Origin: Acidobacteriota bacterium
GTDB taxonomy: Bacteria; Acidobacteriota; UBA890; WLXD01
Assembly: GCA_965248695.1 (NCBI GenBank)
Contig: CBDFKD010000002.1
Location: 640,001-704,000, forward strand
Direction: 5' to 3'
Length of the DNA: 64,000 nucleotides
How positions within the stretch are numbered: position 1 is the stretch's first letter; each line of letters starts with the position of its first letter. The position numbers and the translations under genes are program-made. The notes under the pieces are model-generated. The model did no database searches and was not told where the DNA came from. It saw nothing but the letters and a program-made list of their open reading frames with translations. Of the stretch, positions 1 through 9,256 are shown in pieces.

Positions 1-2043
1 GCCGCGATACGGCGGCACGCCAGCGGTCCGATCGGCCGTGCGCCGATGATCCTCCTGTGGTCGCTGCTCGGGGTACCACTCGTCCTCGGAAAGACCATCT
101 TGCTGGCAGCAGCGATTCTATCGGCGCCGCTGTGGGCCTGGCGGATCAGATGGAGTCGGCTGGTCGTGTTCGGCAACGCCCAGACGGCTTTCGGATACGC
201 ACCGTACACACACGTGTGGGCGGAGCTGCTGGAGTTCACGACACCGGGAGCCCTGCAACAAAGCGTCGTCGGACTACTCGAGGATGGCCGACGCCCCAGC
301 AAGCTGGCGCGCCTCCTGTGGCTGCCCGTCGCGCTCGTTGCCGGCGCCTACGTATTGTTGCTTCGCACGCCACTGCAGTTGCTGTTGTCGGCCATTGGCA
401 AGTTGCTCGTGGCACTAGGTATCGCGCTGGCTGTGGCGCTGAGCGCCGCTGCCGGTACGATTGTGGGCCTCCTGATCTTGCTCGCCTCTCCGTTCCTGCG
501 GATCTTCGACGCCGTACTCAACATCGTACGCCGAGCCTATCCGCCTGTGCTTCGGGGGGCACTTGCTCAACCGGAGATCACCGCCGCTACGCTGCTCGCT
601 CTGACCGCGGTGACTTTGTGGACGGTAACGCCTCGACTCGGCATGGAGCTCATTCCCGAGGTCCGACAACGGATCTTCGACGTTCAGGCCCGGCTGCCGG
701 TTGGGACTCCCTTAGAGGCTACCGACGCCACTCTCCTACCCCTGGAGCAACGGATCCGCGCGGAATCGGGAGTCGAAGCGGTGGCGACGGCCATCGGCGT
801 GGACCGCGACGAGTTCGATCCTGACCCTGAGGCCGGCGAGCATAGCGGCCGCTTCACGGTACGGCTGCAGCGCGGCGATGCTCCATTGCGGAGCGAAGAC
901 GACGTCATTGCCGCGGTGCGCGCCGCGCTCGCCGGCACGCCGAACGTGGTCACCAAGATCTCACGCCCGGCGATCTTCTCGACCAAGACCCCGATCGAGG
1001 TAGAGGTTCGGGCCAACGACCTGGAAACCCTCCGGGTGGTGTCGGAGGAAGTCGCTGTCCGACTTGCGGGGTTGGGTGGGCTTACCGACGTCAAGTCAAC
1101 GCTGCAACGCGGCCATCCCGAGATCCAGATCCACTACGATCGAGAGCGCCTGTCACGCTACGGGCTCGACATATCCCAGGTGGCCGGGCTCGTCCGCAAC
1201 AAAGTGCAGGGTGATGTCGCCAGCCGGTTCCGCCGCGGTGACCGGCGAGTTGATATTCGCGTGCGCGTCCGGCCTGAGGATCGGGCAACGATCGCCGACC
1301 TGCATCGCCTCGTGGTCAACCCTGGACAGCCCAACCCGATCCGGCTGGACTCCGTCGCCGATCTGCGCCTGGCGGAAGGGCCGAGCGAGGTGCGCCGGAT
1401 CGATCAGCGGCGATCGGCGGTTATATCAGCCAACACCAGTATCGATTTGGCGTCAGCCACTACCGCCATCGAGGACGAGTTGCTCGAGCTTCGCCACCCG
1501 GGAGACTACTCGTTCGCGGTCACCGGCCAGCGCGAGGAGATGGAGCGCTCCACGCGCTCGTTGACGTTCGCCCTGTCGCTGGCGATCTTCCTCGTCTACG
1601 TGGTAATGGCGTCGCAGTTCGAGTCCCTGGTGCATCCGTTCGTGATCCTGTTTTCGATCCCGCTAGCCGGTGTCGGTGTAGTTCTCACACTTTGGTGGTT
1701 GCAGATCCCGCTGAGCGTCGTGGTCCTCCTCGGCTGCATCATGCTGGCCGGAATCGTGGTCAACAACGCGATCGTGCTCGTCGACTACATCAACCACCTG
1801 CGGCGCGAGGGGATCAACAAGCTCGACGCGATCGTGACGGCCGGGAGTGTGCGTCTGCGTCCCATCCTCATGACCACGTGTACGACGGTGATCGGACTAT
1901 TGCCGATGGCGATAGGACTCGGCGACGGCGCCGAGATCCGGACGCCGATGGCCGTGACCGTGATCGCCGGCCTACTCACCTCGACCGTCTTGACGCTTGT
2001 CGTCGTGCCTGTCGTGTACGCCGTACTCGACCGCCGCCCTTGA
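1..2043 (+). CDS. RND efflux permease (AcrB/AcrD/AcrF family), 5'-partial
   Basis: C-terminal RND motifs SQFESLVHPFVILFSIP, GIVVNNAIVLVD, RLRPILMT; N-terminal part lies upstream of the window. Confidence 0.93.
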   Translation, partial: AAIRRHASGPIGRAPMILLWSLLGVPLVLGKTILLAAAILSAPLWAWRIRWSRLVVFGNAQTAFGYAPYTHVWAELLEFTTPGALQQSVVGLLEDGRRPSKLARLLWLPVALVAGAYVLLLRTPLQLLLSAIGKLLVALGIALAVALSAAAGTIVGLLILLASPFLRIFDAVLNIVRRAYPPVLRGALAQPEITAATLLALTAVTLWTVTPRLGMELIPEVRQRIFDVQARLPVGTPLEATDATLLPLEQRIRAESGVEAVATAIGVDRDEFDPDPEAGEHSGRFTVRLQRGDAPLRSEDDVIAAVRAALAGTPNVVTKISRPAIFSTKTPIEVEVRANDLETLRVVSEEVAVRLAGLGGLTDVKSTLQRGHPEIQIHYDRERLSRYGLDISQVAGLVRNKVQGDVASRFRRGDRRVDIRVRVRPEDRATIADLHRLVVNPGQPNPIRLDSVADLRLAEGPSEVRRIDQRRSAVISANTSIDLASATTAIEDELLELRHPGDYSFAVTGQREEMERSTRSLTFALSLAIFLVYVVMASQFESLVHPFVILFSIPLAGVGVVLTLWWLQIPLSVVVLLGCIMLAGIVVNNAIVLVDYINHLRREGINKLDAIVTAGSVRLRPILMTTCTTVIGLLPMAIGLGDGAEIRTPMAVTVIAGLLTSTVLTLVVVPVVYAVLDRRP

Positions 2044-2062
2044 ACTCCCTATCGAGTCACTC

Positions 2063-5000
2063 ATGAAGAACTCACGAGCCTCGTTGCTCCCGCGCCTGTC
2101 GGTTCGCCGTCCGGTCACCATGCTGATGATCTACACGGCGATGCTGGTACTGGGGATGATCTCCTACAGTCGGCTGCCCATTGATCTGATGCCGTCAGGA
2201 TTCTCCCCCGCGTTCCTCGGCGTGTGGATCCCCTACGCCAACAGCACACCTGCCGAGGTCGAGCAGACAATTGCTCGCCCGGTCGAGGGCATGCTCGGCA
2301 CGATCTCCGGTGTGCGCTCGATCAGCAGCAACAGCACCGCCGACGGTTGTTGGGTGTTCCTGCGCTTCTATCAGAGCACCGAGATGGATACCGCCTACGC
2401 CGACGTGCGCGACCGCATGGATCGGGTGATGGCGGAGCTTCCCGACGACATTGAGAGAACCTTCGTGCGCAAGTTCGCCAGCGACGCGCAACCGATCTTG
2501 TGGGCAGGGTTGGAGATCAAGCGGCAGATCGAGGATCCCTACACCCTGATCGACGAGACGCTGTCGCGCGAGTTGCTGCGCATCGACGGCGTGGCCAATG
2601 TCGAGACGTTCGGCGTACCGCAGCGCGCCATCCACGTCATGCTCGACCAGGAGCGCGTCAAGGCACACCGAGTCGATCTGGCCGTGCTCGCCACGCAACT
2701 TCAGAGCGACAACTTCAGCTTGTCTTCGGGCTGGGTCATCGAGGGTGCGCGCAAGATGTACGTGCGATCGATGGGCCGCTATCAGAACGCAGACGAAGTC
2801 GCGGCAATCCGGGTCAACGCCCGGGGCGTCACGCTCGGTGACATCGCGACCGTCAGCTACGAGGAACCGGAGCGCCGGTCGATCTCGCGCATCGGCGGCC
2901 GGCGCGGCGCGATGATCTCGGTGGTCAAGGAGTCCACCGCCAACACCGCCGCCGTCGGCGCTGCGGTAATTCGGCGCGTCGACGAGATCTTCGCCACCAA
3001 TCCGGCCCTCGCGGGCATCGAGTTTCGCCCGCTGTTCAATCAGGCCGAACTGATCGGCGAATCCATCTCGCAGCTGCAGGATTCGATGCTATGGGGCGCC
3101 GGGTTCGCGGTGTTCGTACTGTTCTTCTTCCTACGCCGAATCCGGATGACGCTCGCAGTGGCACTGGCGATGCCGGTGTCACTACTGGTCGCCGTGATCG
3201 CCCTCTATTTCGTCGGCTGGTCACTCAACGTCGTCACCATGATGGGCATCATGATTTGCGTCGGCCTCGTGGTCGACAACGCGATCGTGGTGATCGAGAA
3301 CATCTATCGTTGTTCCCAGCAAGGCGACCCGCCCCGCGAGGCGGCCGAACGTGGCGCCTCACAAGTGGTGCTGGCAATCACCATCGCTACGCTGACCACC
3401 GTGGTCGTGATCGTGCCGTTGGTCATCATGAACGACGACGTCGGGTTCTCGTTCTATATGCTGCGGCTCGGGACACCCATGGTTGTCGGCGTGCTGGCCT
3501 CACTGGTGGTCGGGCTCACGTTGATCCCGCTGCTGACCGTGCGCCTCCCCATGCGGTCCGTGCGCGAGCCACGCATCATCACCGCCACGACGAACGCTTA
3601 TCGGAGAGCAGCCGCGTGGGTGCTCGATCATCGCCTCGACGCCAGCCTCGTCATGGTGGCGATCATCGCCAGCGTCGCGCTGCCGGCCTCAGGCGTCTCG
3701 TTCACCGACCAGTCCGAGGGCAACATCGGAAACATCCGGGTGCAGCTGGAGCTGCCGCGCAACATAGATCTCGAACAGGCCGAGTCGCTGGTGGCGTTGA
3801 TGGAGGAATCTGTCTACGTCCACGAGGACGCCTGGCGGATCCGGACCGTGACATCGCGCTTGAACCCGGGTGGCAACGGCAGTCTCGAGATCTTCTTGAG
3901 GCCATCGGAGAGACTGTCGTGGTGGCGATACGCAGCCCGACGCTTCGGTGCCCGTTATGTCGGAACCGACCCTGGCCCGCCGGGGCGGGAGGAGATTCTC
4001 ACGCAGCTTCCAGACGTCCTGCCGGTGCTACCGGGCGTCGAGTACGAGCTTGCCGAAGCCGGCGAGCAGGAATCGAGCGACCGCCTCATCAGGCTGGTGC
4101 TGTACGGCGACGACACCGACCGGTTGGTGACCATGGCGGCGCGCGTCGCCGATCAGCTGCGCGGACGGCCGGGTGTGCTGACGGTTACCTCTGCCCTCGA
4201 GCGCGGGCAGGACGAGCTGCAGGTCCGCATTGACCGCAAGCTCGCCGAGCAGGCGGGGGTAACTCCACAGACGGCAGCTCGCCTGATCAACTTCTCGCTG
4301 CGCGGAGTCGAGCTTCCGGAGCTGCGGGTCGGTGAGCGAGAGATCGACGTCCGCTTCCAGCTTGCGGAGGAGGACCGCGAGACCTTGCAACAGCTGCGTG
4401 ACCTGCGTCTCACCGCCCCCAGCGGCGCCGAGGTGCCGCTCGGCGCAGTGGCGAAGTTCTCGGTAACCCGCAGCCCAGGGGTGATCAACCGACGCGACGG
4501 CAAGACTGCAATCACGATTCGAGTGATCACCAGCGAGGACGATATCGATCGGGTATATGACTCGATCGACTCGGCCATGGCTACCGTACCGCTACCGACG
4601 GGGGTGAGCTGGGACAAGGGCGACCGCTTCGCGCGCCTGCAGGAGAGCAATCAGGCCCAGCTGATGGGCCTGGTATTGGTCGTCGCGCTCGTGTTCATCC
4701 TCATGGCGGTGCTGTTCGAGTCGCTGCTACTGCCGTTCTCGGTAATCCTGACGCTTCCGTTCGCGCTCGTTGGACTCTTCTGGGCGTTGTATCTGACCGG
4801 CACCTCCAACAACACGTTCACCGGCATCGGCATGCTCGTGCTGATCGGCATCGTGGTGAACAACGCCATCGTCCTGGTCGACCTTGCCAACCGACTTCGC
4901 GCCGAGGGCATGAGTCGGCGCGATGCGCTCGTCGCGGCCGTCGAGCAACGTCTACGCCCGATCGCGATGACGGCGATGACGACGATCTTCGGCTTGCTAC

Positions 5001-5148
5001 CGATGTCGATCGGAAACGTAGACATGATCGGTATCTCGTACGCCGGAATGGGACGCGGAATGGCCGGAGGCCTGCTGCTGCACTCGATCGTAACGCCGCT
5101 GGCGGTTCCCTTGCTGTACACGCTGCTGGACGATCTGCGCGCCGTCGC
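2063..5148 (+). CDS. Second RND efflux permease; extreme C-terminus interrupted by IS3 (native tail 6413-6479)
   Basis: RRPVTMLM start, GLVVDNAIVVIENI, GIVVNNAIVLVD, RLRPIAMT; ATG at 2063; frame reads into the IS end and stops at 5200. Confidence 0.92.
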
Positions 5149-6408
5149 TGACCTGACCCCGCGGTTAGTACCATGTCTTATCTCAGTAACTCGGTGCTGA
5201 CAAGAGGTTGTTGAGGCCGGCGAAGCGGAGCGCAGCCGGCTTCAACAACGTCGCTTCGGGTGCGGGCGGCCGATAGCTCAGCGAGCTGTGCGGTCGCATG
5301 CGGTTGTAGTGCTGACGCCATCTCTCGATCAGAACCTTTGCCTCCTTGAGCGTGTAGAAGATCTCTCCATCCAGCAGCTCGTCGCGTAGCTTGCCGTTGA
5401 AGCTCTCCACGTAACCGTTCTCCCACGGCGAGCCCGGCTCGATGAACAGCGTCCCCACGCCCAACCGGCCCAGCCAGTCGCGAACCGCCTCGGCGGTGAA
5501 CTCTGGTCCGTTATCCGACCGGATGTGCTCAGGTATGCCCCGGTGTACGAACAACCTCCCGAGCTGCTCCAGCACGTCCTCAGAGTTGAGCTTCCGTGCT
5601 ACATGGATCGCCAGGCTTTCTCGTGTGTACTCATCGACGATCGTCAGCAGCCTCATAGCCCGACCGTCGTGCGTCCGGTGGTGCAGGAAGTCATACGCCC
5701 AGACATGATCCCGGTGCTGTGGGCGCAGCCGGATGCAGGAGCCATCGCTCAGCCACAGCCGTGCTCGTTTGGGCTGTTTTCTCGGTACTTTCAGCCCTTC
5801 GCGCCGCCAGATACGCTGCACTCGTTTGTGGTTCACGGACCAGCCCTCCATGCGCAGCAACGCTGTCACCCTCCGATATCCGTAGCGCCCGTACTGTCGG
5901 GCTAAATCCACGATCCGCTCCGTCAAAATCTGCTCCTGTTGCGGCTCTCTTGGCACGTACCGGTGTGTCGTGCGTGGTTGTTTCAGTACCCGACACGCCC
6001 GCCTCTCCGAGACGCCCAGCCGCCCCCGTACATGTGCCACCGCCTCTCGCCGCCGAGCTGGGCTCAGAAGTTTCCCTCCGCCACTTCCTTCAGGATCGAC
6101 AGGTCGAGTTCCTTTTCCGCCACCAGCCTCTTGAGCCGGGCATTCTCCTTCTCCAGTTGCTTGAGCTTTCTGGCCTGGTTGAGCTTCAGTCCGCCGTACT
6201 CTCGCCGCCACCGGTAGTAGGTGTGCTCGGTGATTGCTAGCTTGCGGCAGGCATCCTTGACCGTCGCCCCTCGAGCCAGCTCCACCTCAGCCTCCCGGAG
6301 CTTGCGTACGATCTGCTCGGCGCTGTGCCTCTTACTCGGCATTCTGACCTCCCGTTCTTGACCCAGATCGTGAGATTACATCCGGATCCGTTTTCGGGGG
6401 TCAGGTCA
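5149..6408 (-). mobile_element. IS3-family (IS407-like) insertion sequence, copy 1, 1260 bp
   Basis: Ends TGACCTGACCCC...GGGGTCAGGTCA; 4-bp target duplication TCGC at 5145-5148 and 6409-6412; orfA/orfB transposase. Confidence 0.97.
5183..6342 (-). CDS. IS3 transposase OrfA (6064-6342) / OrfB fused by programmed -1 frameshift
   Basis: OrfA HTH (YYRWRREYGGL); OrfB DDE motifs WAYDF, SDNGPEF, ENGYVESFNG; slippery G-GGA-AAC at 6070-6076 on the - strand. Confidence 0.95.
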
Positions 6409-6520
6409 TCGCCACGCGGGCCGTCGGCACTATGTTCAGCGCACCAACCCTTCCCTCGGAGACCAGCGCCGGGCACTAGTGGCCTACGCTTTGTGGCGCT
6501 CGCAGCGCGAGCGAAACCGG

Positions 6521-7555
6521 TTACGCCAGCGACATCCTCGCCAGCAGCGCCTGCCGCGCGTGGCGACGGGCGCTCGGAGCACACGTGACGCTGATATGCC
6601 CGTGCGGGAACCACTGCACGGGCACCCCCCAGCGGCGTTGTAGATCGACCAACGACGCGGGGGCGACGACGTTATCGAACCGCGCCCCGATCAACGCCAC
6701 GGCAGCGGCCGGCAAGTGCAGCCTGCGGCGGCCGGGCGCGTAGCGGCCGAAGGCGTCGTTGGTGAGGTCGCGGTCGAGACCGCCGGCGGCGAGCGCCGTG
6801 CGGATCGGAGCGGTCAGCGGTGACTCCCACATCGTGTTGTGCGGATCCACCACGGGTGTCCAAAGCACCGCCGCATCGATCGCCGTGGCGGTCGTCAGGG
6901 CAAGAGCCGCGACCCAGCCTCCGAGGCTGACACCCCAGACCCCGACTGGGCCATTCCGACCGTGCAGCCAGGCGGCGAGGGCACGCGTTTCAGCAACCGC
7001 TCGGCACACGGCCTCGCCGGTACCTGCGAGGTCAGCCGACAAGCAGCGCTCGCCCGATATAGCCCCAGGCGGGGTGCGCTCACAGTGTGCCGGCAGGCGT
7101 GGTACCCAGATCTCGATCCCGGCCCGGCGAAGCGGCGTGGCGAGGCCGGCCGTGAACGCAATTTGTGGCCGTGTTGCCAGCCAACCATGCAGCAGAATCA
7201 GCGCTCCGCGCGGCGTGCCATGCGCCGGCAGGCGGGTCGCGAGCCACTCGTCAGCCTGACCATCGGCGCGCCATTGCTCGACTCCCTTCCGGCCGCCTGT
7301 ATGTCGCGGCCGCATCTGGAGCGGCGGGCCGGCAAGCGGATCGACCGGTAAACCTTGCAGGTAGGCGTCCAGGGACTGGCGAGAGATCGCCGGCTGTCGG
7401 CCTCGAATTCGTCTTGCGACGACGAGCGCGTTGGCTCCGTCAAGCAACTTTGCAATGGGATAGGACACGCGCGCTGGCGCTCGAGATGACGGTGGGCGAG
7501 TGACTACTGTTCGCAAGCCTAGCAGGGTGGGCAGCGCGACCTGCAAGTCGGTCAA
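6521..7555 (-). CDS. Alpha/beta hydrolase
   Basis: LLHGW, nucleophile elbow GVSLGG, Asp (FDNVV) and His (GHIS); start uncertain. Confidence 0.8.
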   Translation of the reverse strand: MTDLQVALPTLLGLRTVVTRPPSSRAPARVSYPIAKLLDGANALVVARRIRGRQPAISRQSLDAYLQGLPVDPLAGPPLQMRPRHTGGRKGVEQWRADGQADEWLATRLPAHGTPRGALILLHGWLATRPQIAFTAGLATPLRRAGIEIWVPRLPAHCERTPPGAISGERCLSADLAGTGEAVCRAVAETRALAAWLHGRNGPVGVWGVSLGGWVAALALTTATAIDAAVLWTPVVDPHNTMWESPLTAPIRTALAAGGLDRDLTNDAFGRYAPGRRRLHLPAAAVALIGARFDNVVAPASLVDLQRRWGVPVQWFPHGHISVTCAPSARRHARQALLARMSLA

Positions 7556-7602
7556 CTATTGACAGAGCTTTGACACAGAAAGCGGGTCGCCAGTGGAAAC
7601 TT

Positions 7603-7746
7603 TCGATCGTTGCCGCGCGTCTAATGAGATGAAAGCGGTCAAGAGCGCGCTGGCCCTGTCCCGTTGATGGACGTAAAGGGGAGCGGCCTGGGGCTGTGGC
7701 CGGCGCGCTGTTGGCCGCTTTTGTTGTTGCTGCACGGCCGGTGGGA
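7603..7746 (+). ncRNA. Candidate structured RNA or long leader (rod-shaped hairpin)
   Basis: 24-bp stem 7632-7655 / 7698-7721 with two G-U wobbles and one mismatch; TTGACA at 7559 and 7570 upstream. Confidence 0.35.
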
Positions 7747-7840
7747 CCGGCGCCGCCTGGCATGGGGATTGCGAGCTCTACGGGCAGGGTCATGAGCCCC
7801 CGACGGAAGAGCTCAGTGTGCGCAAACGAAAGGTCCGAAT

Positions 7841-8182
7841 ATGCATGAAACGCGACGTAAGAACCGTTCCAAGGGTCAGCTGGATGCTCTGTTCGAAGCG
7901 GAGCGGCGTCTGATGGCAATTGACCAGAAAGACGTACACGCCTGCCGCCAGCTGTGGCGTACGGTGATCGAGCGAACCGTGGATGACATCCGGTTCCTGA
8001 AACGTCACCGCGGTAAGGGAAAGCTCAAGAAACACGAGGAAGAGCGTCTGCGCCGGATACGCGAGAACCCGCCTCAGGAGTTCATTCACGGCGACTGGTT
8101 TGACCAGATTTGTGACTATCTGCAGGTCGACCCAATGCGACTGCGTCGCGCGATCGTGGACTCGGAGATACGCGCAGCCTGA
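7841..8182 (+). CDS. Hypothetical 113-aa protein, paralog of 56160-56501
   Basis: Followed by a strong terminator; shares RQL..I...D..FL and P.EF...WF..IC....V.P with its paralog. Confidence 0.8.
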   Translation: MHETRRKNRSKGQLDALFEAERRLMAIDQKDVHACRQLWRTVIERTVDDIRFLKRHRGKGKLKKHEEERLRRIRENPPQEFIHGDWFDQICDYLQVDPMRLRRAIVDSEIRAA

Positions 8183-8213
8183 CAATCGGGTCGTTCACCA
8201 GCTTTCCTGGGAC

Positions 8214-8251
8214 CGGGGGAGCGCCACGGCGGCGCTCCCCCGTTTGCGTTT
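8214..8251 (+). terminator. Rho-independent terminator
   Basis: 12-bp stem CGGGGGAGCGCC-acggc-GGCGCTCCCCCG followed by TTTGCGTTT. Confidence 0.85.
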
Positions 8252-8429
8252 CCCTGCGCGTTGGCTTGTAATTGCCACCCTCACGGGGGACCGCACGACC
8301 TGACGTCGGAGTGTCCGCGCGCCGTCGCTGACCGTCTGCGGTCGTTTGGGGGCCGACAATCGTGGCCGGGCGAGCGCACGAATACTCTACGCTGGACCCC
8401 GTTCGTAAGTTGGAGCACAGATTCTCGCT

Positions 8430-8960
8430 GTGAAAGTGGCATTCATCGGCACCCACGGTGTGGGCAAGACCACGTTGGCCTACGGGCTCGCAATGCGCCT
8501 GAAGGAGTTGGGAGCCAACGTCGGCTTCCTGGAGGAGGTGGCGCGGCGCTGCCCCCTGCCAATCAACGAGGAAACCAGCCTGGAGGCCCAAACCTGGATT
8601 CTGATGGAGACCATTCGGCGCGAGATCGAGCTCGACAATCTGTACACGGAGATCGTCTGCGATCGCTCGGTAATCGACAACTACTGCTATCTGGAGTTCG
8701 GGCTGCGGCGGCAGCCAGCGCTGTTCGACCTGGCATGTTATTGGGCCGCCACCTACGACCTGCTCTTCAAGGTACCGATCCGTCCGGAGCTCCTCCAGAG
8801 TGACGGCACACGATCGACCGACCTGGCGTTTCAGAGCGCCATCGACGAGACGCTCGATACCCTCCTGGAGGAGGGGGGCGTGCAGTACGCGCGCTTCACC
8901 ACGCTCGACGATGCGGTCGAACAGGCGCGCCTCGCCTCCGGACGGCTCCCGATCGCCTAG
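8430..8960 (+). CDS. P-loop NTPase (AAA_28 / NadR-kinase-like)
   Basis: Walker A GTHGVGKTT and CDRS motif. Confidence 0.85.
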   Translation: MKVAFIGTHGVGKTTLAYGLAMRLKELGANVGFLEEVARRCPLPINEETSLEAQTWILMETIRREIELDNLYTEIVCDRSVIDNYCYLEFGLRRQPALFDLACYWAATYDLLFKVPIRPELLQSDGTRSTDLAFQSAIDETLDTLLEEGGVQYARFTTLDDAVEQARLASGRLPIA

Positions 8961-9235
8961 CAGGCCGTGGTGGAAGTGTGGCGGGACTGGTTGCGACGAG
9001 TTGGGGCCAGATGCAAGGCGGCATGGCGGAGGCGATGCCCTAGCCATCGTCGAGGAGGGCCAACGCCGCAGATGGCCCCACATCGTCGCAACCCTTTGGG
9101 CGACAAGGGGTTGCGCGCGTATGCTGCGTCGTTCGTCGTCAACGATGGGGTAACCATCGCCTCCTCCTCTCTCCTTGCCTCCACCTCGCAAGACCCTGTC
9201 GCCAGGCCCGCCACACTTCCACCACGGCCTGCTAG
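8957..9235. mobile_element. MITE, 271 bp between CTAG sites, with perfect 25-bp terminal inverted repeats
   Basis: CAGGCCGTGGTGGAAGTGTGGCGGG at 8961-8985, inverted at 9207-9231; CTAG at 8957 and 9232; no transposase. Confidence 0.9.
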
Positions 9236-9256
9236 TGGCCTGTAACAGTTGAATCG

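Noticed and set aside
7656-7697. SRP RNA helix 8
   Set aside because: Lacks the CAGG...GGAA...AGCAG signature.
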